From: an uncultured virus (IMG/VR IMGVR_UViG_3300025769_000092)
Taxonomy: Duplodnaviria > Heunggongvirae > Uroviricota > Caudoviricetes
IMG/VR virus record: IMGVR_UViG_3300025769_000092
Strand: one strand, 5' to 3'
Length of the DNA: 64,000 nucleotides
Under the pieces are notes generated by a model. The model saw only the letters and a program-made list of their open reading frames with translations. It had not been told where the DNA came from and made no database searches. The first letter of the stretch is position 1. Each line of letters opens with the position of its first letter. Below, piece by piece: positions 1 through 10,306 of this stretch. Made by a program: the position numbers and the translations under genes.

Positions 1-471
1 TTGGTTTTAGAAAATATAACTGAGAAAGGTTATACAATTGACCTTACTGGTGTTGTTAGAAACCCATCTGGTAAAGTTATTAATGGTAGTGCATATGACG
101 GCTACCAAAAGTTCAGTGTAAGGACAGAAACCACATCATCATTCTCAGTAAGACACCATAAGTTTCAAGCTTATTTGAAGTATGGTGATAAAATATTTAA
201 TAAGGGTATGGTTGTTAGGCATTTGAATGGTGATTCACTTGACAACTCATATGACAATATAGCTATCGGTACTCAGTCAGAAAATATGATGGATAGAGAT
301 GAAGAATCCAGAAAGAATCACTCAAGGAAAACTTATATAACAGAAGATTTGGGTAATGAAATTATTAATGATAGATATAATAACACCATGAGCCACAGAG
401 CATTAAGTAATAAATATAATATACCAAAATCAACTATCCAAGATTTTTTAAGTAAAATGTTTGGAAATTAA
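1..471 (+). CDS. HNH endonuclease (HNH_3-like) with C-terminal HTH, probably 5'-truncated
   Basis: VVRHLNGDSLDNSYDNI motif; C-terminal LSNKYNIPKSTIQD HTH-like segment. Confidence 0.75.
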   Translation: MVLENITEKGYTIDLTGVVRNPSGKVINGSAYDGYQKFSVRTETTSSFSVRHHKFQAYLKYGDKIFNKGMVVRHLNGDSLDNSYDNIAIGTQSENMMDRDEESRKNHSRKTYITEDLGNEIINDRYNNTMSHRALSNKYNIPKSTIQDFLSKMFGN

Positions 472-495
472 AAAATTAATTATTACATTTGTTTC

Positions 496-939
496 ATGAA
501 TAAATTATCAGTTAATAAAAAAGCGTATTATGATTACAATGTAATTGATAATTACACTGCTGGAATTCAACTTATTGGTTCTGAAATAAAACCTATTAAA
601 AATGGTAATGTCTCTATTAAAGAAGGTTACTGTTACATAAGAAATGGTGAAGTTTTAGTTAAAGGGATGCATGTCTCCCCAAACGATAAGAGTAATAAAT
701 ATGATGCTCATGACCCATATCGTGAGAGAAAGTTATTACTAAATAAAAAAGAAATAGATAAATTAAATAAGGGTGTTGAGAGTAAGGGTATGACTATAAT
801 ACCTCTTAATTTGTTTATTACTAGTACTGGTCTTATAAAATTAACTATAGGGTTATGTAGTGGTAAAAAGAATTATGATAAAAGAGAAAGTATTAAAACA
901 AAAGATATCCAGAGGGACTTGGATAGAAGATTTAAATAA
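496..939 (+). CDS. smpB: SsrA-binding protein SmpB
   Basis: NKKAYYDY, AGIQLIGSEIK, RERKLLLNKKEI, GKKNYDKRESIK motifs. Confidence 0.95.
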   Translation: MNKLSVNKKAYYDYNVIDNYTAGIQLIGSEIKPIKNGNVSIKEGYCYIRNGEVLVKGMHVSPNDKSNKYDAHDPYRERKLLLNKKEIDKLNKGVESKGMTIIPLNLFITSTGLIKLTIGLCSGKKNYDKRESIKTKDIQRDLDRRFK

Positions 940-966
940 TAAAAACAAATAAATAAAACGTAGAGT

Positions 967-1902
967 ATGAGACCATTAAAGATAACACAAGCATTTACAA
1001 ATAGAAGTAGCGAATCATTTAACACTTACTTAAAAGAAGTGTCTAAAATAGAAGCATTTAAATCACCAAGTGATGAAGCTGAAGTGGCTATGAAAGCTTT
1101 TAAATATAGAAATATATATGAAAAATGTGAAGATAAGGAAGAAGGTCAAGTATATATGGACCAAGCTGAAGTAGCTATAGAAGAGTTGGTTAAGAGAAAC
1201 CTTAGATTTGTAATTAGTGTTGCTAAGCAATATACTAAAAATGGTGCATCTTTAGAAGATTTAGTTAATGAAGGTAATTCTGGTTTATTAGAAGCCGCTA
1301 GGAGATTCGACCCAACTACAGGTAACAAATTTATATCCTATGCTGTATGGTATGTTAGGAAAGATATCCTAGCTTTTTTATCTAAAAATACTAGGACTAT
1401 TAAATTACCAACAAACAAAATTAACTTAATGACTGACTTTAAAAATAAAGTGGACCAATGCAAACAAAAATTACAAAGGGAAGTTGAATTGGAAGATTTG
1501 TTAGGTAATATTGAAGGTTATAGTGATAAACAAATTAAAGACATGGTTGCTATAATGGAATCAAAAGTAGTTTCAGCTGATGCGCCTACTATGTTTGAAT
1601 CAGACTCAAGTGAAACCTTATACAACACTATTGAATCAAAGGAATTCGCAGACACAGACCATTTAGTTGTAGGTGATTCATCAAGACGAGTTTTGGAGAA
1701 CCTATTAGAAACTTTGAGTCCAAGAGATAAACATATTATGAAATTATACTATGGTTTAGATGGTAGAATACCTATGAATTTACACGAGGTAGGTACTGAG
1801 TTGGGACTAACCAGGGAAGCAATAAGACAAATAAAAGAGAAATCATTGAAAAAATTAAGAGTGGCATCTAAAAGATTTGGTTTGGAGACTGATATGTTTT
1901 AA
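967..1902 (+). CDS. RpoD/SigA-family RNA polymerase sigma factor (Bacteroidota-type, no region 1.1)
   Basis: NLRFVISVAKQY, DLVNEGNSGL, FDPTTGNKFISYAVWYVR, region 4 LGLTREAIRQIKEK. Confidence 0.92.
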   Translation: MRPLKITQAFTNRSSESFNTYLKEVSKIEAFKSPSDEAEVAMKAFKYRNIYEKCEDKEEGQVYMDQAEVAIEELVKRNLRFVISVAKQYTKNGASLEDLVNEGNSGLLEAARRFDPTTGNKFISYAVWYVRKDILAFLSKNTRTIKLPTNKINLMTDFKNKVDQCKQKLQREVELEDLLGNIEGYSDKQIKDMVAIMESKVVSADAPTMFESDSSETLYNTIESKEFADTDHLVVGDSSRRVLENLLETLSPRDKHIMKLYYGLDGRIPMNLHEVGTELGLTREAIRQIKEKSLKKLRVASKRFGLETDMF

Positions 1903-1993
1903 TGTACACTATAGTGTACATTTTAATTTATTAATGAATCAAGTATATTTATTTACATACATAAAAGCATAAGTAAAGTTAAATTTAAAATCA

Positions 1994-2122
1994 ATGACAG
2001 TTATATTATTAGTAGTTACACATTCTTTTTTATTCTGGTTAGGTTATAGACATGGTAAAGTAGTTAATAAAATCATAATAAATCAAAGTAAAAATATAAA
2101 TAAAGAAAATGATTATTTATAA
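1994..2122 (+). CDS. small putative membrane protein (42 aa)
   Basis: manually read ORF MTVILLVVTHSFLFWLGYRHG, hydrophobic N-terminus. Confidence 0.45.
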   Translation: MTVILLVVTHSFLFWLGYRHGKVVNKIIINQSKNINKENDYL

Positions 2123-2154
2123 TTATTAGATATTTATAAATAAAGAATAATAAT

Positions 2155-2322
2155 ATGTTTGTTGAATACGATGAATACTACGAAGAAAAACACGAAAATG
2201 GTGTTGTCAAAGTAACTGGTCAGTACAAGAATGGTGTTAAAGAAGGTGCATGGGTAGAATACGATGACAAGGGTTATTTAATACTCCCCATTAAGTTATT
2301 CATAAACGGTAAAGAACAATAA
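2155..2322 (+). CDS. small MORN-variant repeat protein (55 aa)
   Basis: manually read ORF with ENGVVKVTGQYKNGVKEGAWVEYDDKG; ATATTTATA motif upstream. Confidence 0.6.
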   Translation: MFVEYDEYYEEKHENGVVKVTGQYKNGVKEGAWVEYDDKGYLILPIKLFINGKEQ

Positions 2323-2412
2323 TATACACACAATTGTGTACATAACTATCCTAAAATTTGTGATAGTTGGTATTTTTAACACTTTGACGTATATTTATAT
2401 ATAAAGCTAAAA

Positions 2413-2772
2413 ATGAGTAAAGAATATATTAAAATACTTGTTAATGAATCTTTGATAAACTTATCAGAAGATAAGAAAAAAGATTCTAAGAAAAAAGATT
2501 CTAAGAAAGAAGATTCTAAGAAAAAAGATTCTGAAGAAGAAGAAAAAATAGAATACCAAGACATTCAAAACTTTTGGAAGGGTGGTAAACACAGTTCCGT
2601 TACTAAAGTCGGTGTGTTCAGAGATGCTGGATTTTCTGAAAAAGACATATATACTAGATTACCATATAAAAAGTTAGATATGGAGAAGAATGAAGATGGT
2701 GGTGTCTACCGATTTACTAAGGATGAGGTTGATAGAATCAGAACCGAGTTAGATAAATACCCTAGAGGGTAA
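2413..2772 (+). CDS. hypothetical protein with KKDS repeats
   Basis: ORF track; 15-bp tandem repeat encoding K(K/E)DSK. Confidence 0.7.
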   Translation: MSKEYIKILVNESLINLSEDKKKDSKKKDSKKEDSKKKDSEEEEKIEYQDIQNFWKGGKHSSVTKVGVFRDAGFSEKDIYTRLPYKKLDMEKNEDGGVYRFTKDEVDRIRTELDKYPRG

Positions 2773-2821
2773 ATAAATTATATACTATATAATATAAGCC
2801 ATACAGAAATGTGTGGCTTTT

Positions 2822-3007
2822 TTATTTTAGACCAGATTCATCTATGATTCTAATAAGTCTTTTACAAACTTCTTTTTCATGAAGCCTTAAAGAATATTCA
2901 TTTGTTAAAAACATATGTTCATCCTTTGGTTGATTAGCAATCCTATTAATATTGTTTACTAGTAATTCTCTAATCTTATCTATTGATGTTTCTTCTTTAA
3001 CTCCCAT
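2822..3007 (-). CDS. hypothetical protein
   Basis: ORF track; minus-strand promoter at ~3029-3063. Confidence 0.6.
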   Translation of the reverse strand: MGVKEETSIDKIRELLVNNINRIANQPKDEHMFLTNEYSLRLHEKEVCKRLIRIIDESGLK

Positions 3008-3132
3008 AATATCTTATTTATGTATTTGTAACAAATATAGTAATAATTTGTGACATAAACAAATTTAATTTTTTATTTGGATATATTAAATATTATTTGT
3101 AATATTGTAACGTAACATTAAAAAAACGAATT

Positions 3133-3483
3133 ATGTCGAAATTAAACGGAAAAGAATTAGCAAACGAATTAACTAACTTTGTGAACAATTATAATTGTGA
3201 CCATGAAGAATTTATTAACGCATTTTGTAGAGAACATAGAACACTACAACAATCATCATTTAGATTGTTTCTTATGTTATTAGATAAGTTAGCATCAAAT
3301 GAATATGGTAGAGTATCAGATGCAAGAAATAAATCATCACACGAAGTAGCCAAGAAGATGATTGAAGGTTTTAAAAAAGTAATCATTGAAGAACAAATCG
3401 CTTTGGGTGAAAGTGAAGAATCAGCAAAGAGATATGTTGAAAGTGATTATGCTAAACCACATAGATTCTTAGGGCATATATAA
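3133..3483 (+). CDS. hypothetical early protein
   Basis: ORF with own promoter. Confidence 0.75.
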   Translation: MSKLNGKELANELTNFVNNYNCDHEEFINAFCREHRTLQQSSFRLFLMLLDKLASNEYGRVSDARNKSSHEVAKKMIEGFKKVIIEEQIALGESEESAKRYVESDYAKPHRFLGHI

Positions 3484-3561
3484 AATAATATATGTTTTAT
3501 TTGGATAATTAAAATATTATCCTTACATTTACCAAACATTAATCATTAAAACAATATAACC

Positions 3562-4110
3562 ATGAGTAAAGTAGCTAAGTTAGTTTATTATTCATTTGCT
3601 ACAAGAGTAGTAGTAGATGAGTCTTCAACAGAAGATGATATAATAAAAGAATCAAAAAGAAAAATTTTTGAGAAAGTACAAACAGAACTAGGTGAAAACC
3701 TTGAAGAAATCATTGATGATGAAGAATGCCCAATAGGTACGTTTGAAACAGACCTACCAAGTATTGATAGAGTCATTCTTAACACATCTGAGAAACAATA
3801 TGTGGTAATAGGTAAAGGAATACCAACACAAGTTAGAAAGTTCGATAGCTATTCAGATTGGGATTCTATTCAAAACCTTAATGGCGAACCAGTATTTGAT
3901 GTTCAAATTGATGATGATAACCAAATAGATGGTAAATTTATTGGTAACGCAAAGCACCCATATACATTTCAATATGTAAACCTTATTTGGAGAGAAGACC
4001 AAGATAATTGGGAAGTAGGTTTAGACTATCAAGGTGTTGATGTAGAAGTGGTTACAGAATCAATTACACAAATTCTTGCAAAAATGTTACAAGAAAATTT
4101 GGTAAAGTAA
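3562..4110 (+). CDS. hypothetical early protein
   Basis: ORF with own promoter. Confidence 0.75.
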   Translation: MSKVAKLVYYSFATRVVVDESSTEDDIIKESKRKIFEKVQTELGENLEEIIDDEECPIGTFETDLPSIDRVILNTSEKQYVVIGKGIPTQVRKFDSYSDWDSIQNLNGEPVFDVQIDDDNQIDGKFIGNAKHPYTFQYVNLIWREDQDNWEVGLDYQGVDVEVVTESITQILAKMLQENLVK

Positions 4111-4153
4111 TTTATTATTCGTAATATTGTAAACAACATTAAAATTAATCATT

Positions 4154-4561
4154 ATGAAATTATTTAAGGAAGGTAAAGTTTTCGATTTAGAAACATCACA
4201 ATTAGTAGGTATGAGTACATGGTTTACTCACTACGATACCAAGAGGTACAAGTATTACCAATCAGCCAAAGGAACATTCTTTTCAATTGAAGAACGTGCT
4301 GAAACATTTAATGACACACATTGTTGGGTTATTAATAAAGATGGTACTAAAAGCACTTTAGGTAGTCTTAAAGAAACACTTAACGATAAAGTTAAAATAA
4401 AAGAAGTTGTACCTTTGGGTATTATGGAAGACAAAAGACTTATGAACCTATACGATATAGCAAATGATACCAATAGAGTTAGTATGATGGGTACTGACAC
4501 TAAATATAGTCTAACATTTTTTCGTGACTATGAAGTATTATTTGACTTAGAAGAAGTATAA
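4154..4561 (+). CDS. hypothetical early protein
   Basis: ORF with own promoter. Confidence 0.75.
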   Translation: MKLFKEGKVFDLETSQLVGMSTWFTHYDTKRYKYYQSAKGTFFSIEERAETFNDTHCWVINKDGTKSTLGSLKETLNDKVKIKEVVPLGIMEDKRLMNLYDIANDTNRVSMMGTDTKYSLTFFRDYEVLFDLEEV

Positions 4562-4645
4562 GTAAAAAAACTTACGAATAATTTGGTAAAGTAATTTATT
4601 ATTCGTAATATTGTATAAATCATTAATCATTTAAAATTATAACCA

Positions 4646-4969
4646 ATGGGAATGTACGGAGAAGTGGAAATCATAGCCACATACGAAACAACAGAACAAG
4701 CTGAAAAGCAATTTGATAACCTACAAGAAAATGTAACGGAGTTCATAAAGAAAGAAGTTACAGACGCACCATTTACCTTTGATTTAACACATTGTGATTT
4801 GGAAGGTAGTGAGTTTATAATCAAGATTTGTAGTGGTAGAGTCCAAAACGCTATTTGGCAATCAGAACAATTATTTGAATTCATGAAAACTACTGAAGGA
4901 CTCTATGAGTTTAGTGCTGAAGTAATGACACCAGAAAATATTATATTCTGGAACAAGGATGATGAATAA
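4646..4969 (+). CDS. hypothetical acidic protein
   Basis: ORF with own promoter. Confidence 0.75.
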   Translation: MGMYGEVEIIATYETTEQAEKQFDNLQENVTEFIKKEVTDAPFTFDLTHCDLEGSEFIIKICSGRVQNAIWQSEQLFEFMKTTEGLYEFSAEVMTPENIIFWNKDDE

Positions 4970-4991
4970 TAATATATAAAATAATATAATC

Positions 4992-5207
4992 ATGGAAATA
5001 TTAAATTTAATCGGAGAAGAAGACCACGTAGAGTTTGAAAGATACGACCAACTATCGTATCAAGACAAGAAAGAAGTAATTGAATTATTTGTTGACAATT
5101 TCTATATTGGAGATATTGAAGTATGGAAGGATTCAGAAATGGAAGGTAGAGAATATGTCTGCATCAATTACGAAATAATTTATTTAGATGAATTAAAAAC
5201 CAAATAA
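4992..5207 (+). CDS. hypothetical acidic protein
   Basis: ORF track. Confidence 0.7.
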   Translation: MEILNLIGEEDHVEFERYDQLSYQDKKEVIELFVDNFYIGDIEVWKDSEMEGREYVCINYEIIYLDELKTK

Positions 5208-5209
5208 TC

Positions 5210-5557
5210 ATGGAAAGCATAAGACGAGAAATACAAAACTGGTTAGAATTAGTTGCCAGAGCAGTTAAGAATATACCATTCGATAAGGAAGTTGATTGGT
5301 TTGACGTAGAAGACGTATATAATGGTTCTCATAGCGATGCAGAAACACCAACGTATATAGCATACAATGGTGAAACATTATCGTATGAAACTGTATATTG
5401 TGATGCGATAGCCATTGACCATATGTGTCAAGAGGTTTTAAATGGTGACTTTGAACAAGCCATGAGAATCATAGAAAGATACAGAGGTGTAAAACTAACC
5501 GAAGATGAGTATGGTTTTAAGAAACAATTAAGACAAAACTCACTAATGAGGAATTAA
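5210..5557 (+). CDS. hypothetical protein
   Basis: ORF track. Confidence 0.7.
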   Translation: MESIRREIQNWLELVARAVKNIPFDKEVDWFDVEDVYNGSHSDAETPTYIAYNGETLSYETVYCDAIAIDHMCQEVLNGDFEQAMRIIERYRGVKLTEDEYGFKKQLRQNSLMRN

Positions 5558-5631
5558 ATAATTCAACAAAAGTTTGGATAATTAAAATACTTTTCGTACA
5601 TTTACATCATAACATTAAAACAATAAGAATT

Positions 5632-5847
5632 ATGAGCAAGACATTAACATTCACAGTAAGCGTTACATTTCAAGATAAAATCACAGGTGATAACGAAGTA
5701 TTAAAAGTGGCAGAAAACATTGGTAGAGCCATTGAATTGGAGTGTGGTGGTATGGGTATTGCACCAGAATCTAGTGAAACATTTACCAGAAGCGTATCAG
5801 TTAAGCCACAATTTATTGATGAAACAATTACGAAAAAAATTGTATAA
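5632..5847 (+). CDS. hypothetical protein
   Basis: ORF with own promoter. Confidence 0.7.
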   Translation: MSKTLTFTVSVTFQDKITGDNEVLKVAENIGRAIELECGGMGIAPESSETFTRSVSVKPQFIDETITKKIV

Positions 5848-5911
5848 TTATTTGGAATTGTAAAATACTTTTCGTAGATTTACATATCATTAATCAAATA
5901 AATAACCAATT

Positions 5912-6283
5912 ATGCGACAAGAAATTAAAAAAGTAATCACAGATTTAATCTATACTGATGATGCAAAACCAAGAACCACATTTACTGATGGTAGTCCTTT
6001 AGAAGATAAGTTAGAACTTATTGAACAAGCAGTTGATAAAGTATTTAAAGAAATTAATAAACCACAAAGAAAATTATATTGTGGTTGGATGGTTGCCGAT
6101 GCAGAACATATGTTCAAACAAATGCAAGAAGACGAAGGTAAATTCACCAATATAGAATATACAGATGAACTAGGTGAAGATGTTATGAATTTAGTTGAAC
6201 GTAGATTTGATGCTGAATATGGGGTGGCTTGGTACAATATTGAATCAGCTATCGAAGAAATCATGGAAGATTACGAGAGTTAA
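5912..6283 (+). CDS. hypothetical protein
   Basis: ORF with own promoter. Confidence 0.7.
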   Translation: MRQEIKKVITDLIYTDDAKPRTTFTDGSPLEDKLELIEQAVDKVFKEINKPQRKLYCGWMVADAEHMFKQMQEDEGKFTNIEYTDELGEDVMNLVERRFDAEYGVAWYNIESAIEEIMEDYES

Positions 6284-6435
6284 TAATATAGTGGGTAGCC
6301 TGTGTTTGCTCAGAGTAACCACTTAAAATAAGAACGGAAAATCTGCCGTTGTCTTTAGTTGAAATGACCGTAAAAATGAAACAACCAAAGGGTGAGATGC
6401 CCTTTGTTTTTAACCACATATAAAATAATATAATC

Positions 6436-6762
6436 ATGAAATGTCCAAAATGTAATTCAGAGAAGGTGAGAAGTTATGACAATCAACCACTATACCACCC
6501 ACCAAAAAGTGAAATGAAGTTTATTGAAGACTATAACCAAATGGGTGTTGATTATGAAATTTATATCTCAATGACTTGTGATGATTGTGACCATAAATTT
6601 GAGGATAACTTTCCAATCGTTAAAGATTATTCAAATGCTGACAATGAAGCATTAAATACTATACTAGATATTTTAGACCCAGATAGTATTTTATATAATT
6701 CTTTGGAAAAAGTTATAAAAACTCTTGGTCACGTCAAAAATAATTCCGATATTAGCGTATAA
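6436..6762 (+). CDS. zinc-ribbon protein
   Basis: MKCPKC...CDDC pair. Confidence 0.65.
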   Translation: MKCPKCNSEKVRSYDNQPLYHPPKSEMKFIEDYNQMGVDYEIYISMTCDDCDHKFEDNFPIVKDYSNADNEALNTILDILDPDSILYNSLEKVIKTLGHVKNNSDISV

Positions 6763-6782
6763 TCAAATAAAACTATATAATT

Positions 6783-7190
6783 ATGAAGTACGAGGTAAGA
6801 GAAGTTTTGAAATCAATTGAAGTGATTGAATCAAGTAAAGAACTGACTAGCGAATTTAGAAAAACATTCGCAACAGATTTCCCAATGATTAAAGCGTGTG
6901 TTAAAGAGAATCTAATTAAAGATGAAGCCATAGCTTTAATTCAAAAGATAGCACCAGTTTGTTTTAAGATAAATGGAACGGTATTTTTAAAGGGTGAAAC
7001 CAAAGGTGAACACGACCTTATTGGTGATGAAATGGATTACCAACCAGTAACTGAATTGTTTGATATGACACAAGAAATAGCCACTGGTGATAGTTATTCA
7101 TTTTATGTTTCTGGTACAGATTACTTTGAGTTAGCAAGTAATGAAGAAAGCATTGAAGTAAGAAAATTCCTAAATAATTTGTTTAAGTAA
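6783..7190 (+). CDS. hypothetical protein
   Basis: ORF track. Confidence 0.7.
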   Translation: MKYEVREVLKSIEVIESSKELTSEFRKTFATDFPMIKACVKENLIKDEAIALIQKIAPVCFKINGTVFLKGETKGEHDLIGDEMDYQPVTELFDMTQEIATGDSYSFYVSGTDYFELASNEESIEVRKFLNNLFK

Positions 7191-7234
7191 AATACTTTTC
7201 GTACATTTACATAAACCAATTAAATAATATAATC

Positions 7235-7618
7235 ATGATAGAAGGAGTAAACATACACAACCTAGAAGTAGAAATAAAAGGTCACGTTGATAGAAACATA
7301 GTTGATATTGGTTCTTTAAACTTATCAGTAGATGATAGAGAATATATCCTAGATGTCACACAATCATATTCAGATAAAACAGAAAACTTTTCTGGCGAAC
7401 CAATACTAAGAATCACATGTGATTTAGAAATAGATAAAGATACATTTGAGGATTGTCCTTATGATATAACAAAGAATGATTTGTTAGATGCAGACCACAA
7501 CGAATTAAATGCAGAATTATATGTTGGTGGTGAAAAAGATTTTGAAGTAGAAAATATATTATTACACTTTGATGTTGATGGTCAAGACTATCAAATAAAA
7601 GTGAGTGAAGAAATATAA
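7235..7618 (+). CDS. hypothetical acidic protein
   Basis: ORF with own promoter. Confidence 0.7.
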   Translation: MIEGVNIHNLEVEIKGHVDRNIVDIGSLNLSVDDREYILDVTQSYSDKTENFSGEPILRITCDLEIDKDTFEDCPYDITKNDLLDADHNELNAELYVGGEKDFEVENILLHFDVDGQDYQIKVSEEI

Positions 7619-7631
7619 AACAATATAAGTT

Positions 7632-7925
7632 ATGAAAGTTAATAGTCCAGAAAAAGCCGAAATAATAGAGTTATTTTTATCAAAGGATAAAACACCTATT
7701 GCATACCAAAAAAAGGTCGCAGAACTCATTAAAAGTGGGTATAGCGAGAAGGAAGCAGAGAATTTTGTGTCAACAACACCATTTGAAATGGAGTTTTACT
7801 ATTCAGATGATTTAGGATTATTCCTAGTGGAATCTGAAGCAGTTGAAAATGCTATATTAGTTGACCCATATACTGGTCAAAACCTTGAACATTTAGATGA
7901 AGAATATACATTAATTGAAGATTAA
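7632..7925 (+). CDS. hypothetical protein
   Basis: ORF track. Confidence 0.7.
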   Translation: MKVNSPEKAEIIELFLSKDKTPIAYQKKVAELIKSGYSEKEAENFVSTTPFEMEFYYSDDLGLFLVESEAVENAILVDPYTGQNLEHLDEEYTLIED

Positions 7926-7979
7926 TTTGGAATTGTAATTTATTATTCGTACATTTACAGAACATTAAAAAAATATATT

Positions 7980-8276
7980 ATGTCAGATTATAGTAGAGTA
8001 AATAAAGTTGTTAAAGATTATTTGGATAAAAATGGTACACACTATATACCAAACTTTAATCAACTTAGTGGTGATGAATATAATCACATATTAAATATAG
8101 GAACAGATATTATGTTAAACCATTGGGATATGAATGAATATGAATCTGGTAGCTTTGTTACTAATTTAATTAATAACGACTTAGTAGGTACATTCGCTAG
8201 TGCTGATAATATTAACCAAAATTGTATAAGATTTTATGTGATGTTGAAACATAACGTATCATTAGTTTTAGTATAA
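7980..8276 (+). CDS. hypothetical protein
   Basis: ORF with own promoter; GSFVTNLINNDLVGTFASADNIN resembles a common phage orphan family. Confidence 0.7.
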   Translation: MSDYSRVNKVVKDYLDKNGTHYIPNFNQLSGDEYNHILNIGTDIMLNHWDMNEYESGSFVTNLINNDLVGTFASADNINQNCIRFYVMLKHNVSLVLV

Positions 8277-8294
8277 CTAATAAAAAATATAATC

Positions 8295-8585
8295 ATGAAA
8301 AGTAAATTGAAAATTAAGAGTGAAGATTTTATTAACTGGTTTTTCAAAAGTGGTGCAGACCAAGACCAAGAAAGCGAAGCATTACGTTTAGGATATAGTG
8401 TAATAGAAGAATTATTAGATGGTAAAGTAACCATAACACCACAAGATATATTGGATAGGTGCGAACCAGTTGTGATTCCAATAAGAATTATTGAAGGGTT
8501 TGAAGATGATGATACTTTTGCTGAAATTGATGATGCAATTATCGAAGGTAAAATAAGTAATAATTTTGAAATTGAACTCATATAA
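8295..8585 (+). CDS. hypothetical protein
   Basis: ORF track. Confidence 0.7.
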   Translation: MKSKLKIKSEDFINWFFKSGADQDQESEALRLGYSVIEELLDGKVTITPQDILDRCEPVVIPIRIIEGFEDDDTFAEIDDAIIEGKISNNFEIELI

Positions 8586-8596
8586 GATAATATATT

Positions 8597-8782
8597 ATGA
8601 AACCAGATGTTATAATAACTGAAAGTAGTGTGACAATCACACACGATAACGAGGAGATAGTGCATTGGGTATCAGATGAATGGGAAGAAGACCCATCCAT
8701 TGTACCAAGCATAACAAACGCAATAAAGTTAGCATATACAGATGTGCTATATTTAAGAGAATTAGTGGGTAAGCCACTATAA
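8597..8782 (+). CDS. hypothetical protein
   Basis: ORF track. Confidence 0.65.
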   Translation: MKPDVIITESSVTITHDNEEIVHWVSDEWEEDPSIVPSITNAIKLAYTDVLYLRELVGKPL

Positions 8783-8794
8783 AGGTATAATCTG

Positions 8795-8853
8795 CATGAT
8801 TATGTTTTAATGTTGGTAATGTGAGGGGAGAGAAATCTCCCCAAACATTTTTT
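8795..8853 (+). terminator. antisense-to-leader element followed by intrinsic terminator
   Basis: catgattatgttttaatgttggtaa then ggggaga-gaaa-tctcccc hairpin and T run. Confidence 0.65.
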
Positions 8854-8930
8854 GTATAATAAATTATAATTTTATTGGAATAATGAAACTAATTTACTAT
8901 ATTTGTATATAAGATTAAAACTAAATAATT

Positions 8931-9203
8931 ATGGAAATGATAAAATTTGAAATGGAAGTGTTGATTGAGTACAACTATTCCGAATTATTACTAACAAACT
9001 TGATGTTAAATAAAGCTAAAAAAATAGCTAATAAAGGAAAGGAATTTGCTAGAGAACATGGTAAATTAATGTCAGCAGTTGATTGGGAAAAAAAGATAAT
9101 CAGAATTAATGAGAACCTAGATTCTGTTGGTATAATGATGATGTCTAAAGAAGCAGAATGTTTCGACCTAAGTGGAAAATACGAAACTATGTGTCTTAAT
9201 TAA
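8931..9203 (+). CDS. hypothetical protein
   Basis: ORF with own promoter. Confidence 0.7.
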   Translation: MEMIKFEMEVLIEYNYSELLLTNLMLNKAKKIANKGKEFAREHGKLMSAVDWEKKIIRINENLDSVGIMMMSKEAECFDLSGKYETMCLN

Positions 9204-9263
9204 AATAAATTTGGAATTATAAATTATTATTTGTACATTTACAAAACATTAAAAAAATATATT

Positions 9264-10061
9264 ATGCCGAATCATGTATCAAACATATTAAAAATAGAAG
9301 GAGATAGTAAAAAAGTGTCAGAAGTATTAGAAATACTTAAAGATGAAGAAAAAGGTATAACTTTCGATAAATTTTTACCTATGCCAGAAGAACTGGTTGG
9401 AACATCAGCACCAAGTAGAATAGTTAGTCAGAGAGAATACGATGAAGCCAAAGAACTACTTGAATATAAATTGGCTAGTGGTGAAAAAGTTTTAAACACA
9501 TCACTACCACTAACCAAAGAAATGCAGAAAGAACTTATCGAAAAATATGGTTCTGACAATTGGTACGATTGGGCATATAGAAATTGGGGAACTAAATGGG
9601 GTGCTTACGATGGTTATCAATTATCAGAAAACTCATTATTCTTCCTAAGTGCTTGGAGTACACCACATAAGGCAATGATTAATCTATCTACCAAATATCC
9701 AGAAGTGATAATTAAAATAGAATATGCTGATGAAGATTTTGGTCATAATGTAGGTAACTATGTTTTAAAAGATGGTCAAATAATAGAAGAATACACACCA
9801 AAGGGTGGTAGTGTTGAAGCCATTAAGATGGCTTTAAATATTACAGGTGGTGAAGATTATTACTTAGGTGATAACATATACGATATGTTAGAAGAAGATA
9901 TTGATGATGTCTGGTATAATACACTATTAAATGTGATAGTTGAAAAAGAAATTGTTGATGAAAAATATCCAAAATTTGTTCAAGAATATCTACTGAATGT
10001 GTCAGTTAAAAATGAACAATATGAATATGCTTCAAAATTAAAAAATATTATAAAAGTTTAA
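9264..10061 (+). CDS. DUF1281/YubB ferredoxin-like domain protein
   Basis: MPNHVSN, NWYDWAYRNWGTKW and FLSAWSTP motifs; start moved to ATG after promoter. Confidence 0.7.
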   Translation: MPNHVSNILKIEGDSKKVSEVLEILKDEEKGITFDKFLPMPEELVGTSAPSRIVSQREYDEAKELLEYKLASGEKVLNTSLPLTKEMQKELIEKYGSDNWYDWAYRNWGTKWGAYDGYQLSENSLFFLSAWSTPHKAMINLSTKYPEVIIKIEYADEDFGHNVGNYVLKDGQIIEEYTPKGGSVEAIKMALNITGGEDYYLGDNIYDMLEEDIDDVWYNTLLNVIVEKEIVDEKYPKFVQEYLLNVSVKNEQYEYASKLKNIIKV

Positions 10062-10069
10062 ATTAAATT

Positions 10070-10285
10070 ATGGGTAATACAAGTTTAGAATTAGTAGAAC
10101 ACAAAATAGGACAATTTGGGTTTGAAGATAGTAAAGTAGTTGCTATGGGTGTAGAACATAAACAATTATTTGAGTATTGCGTTACTCAATTTAAAGTAGA
10201 ACCAATTAAAAATGGTGATATAATTAAACAAAATGTTAACAAAGTTTATAGTATTAAAATATCCGACATACCAATTATTCGGTAG
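10070..10285 (+). CDS. hypothetical protein
   Basis: ORF track. Confidence 0.65.
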   Translation: MGNTSLELVEHKIGQFGFEDSKVVAMGVEHKQLFEYCVTQFKVEPIKNGDIIKQNVNKVYSIKISDIPIIR

Positions 10286-10306
10286 GGATATATAATATAA
10301 GATATT

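Noticed and set aside
2470..2535. 15-bp tandem repeat as a regulatory or contingency locus
   Set aside because: In-frame low-complexity KKDS coding repeat with no sign of phase variation
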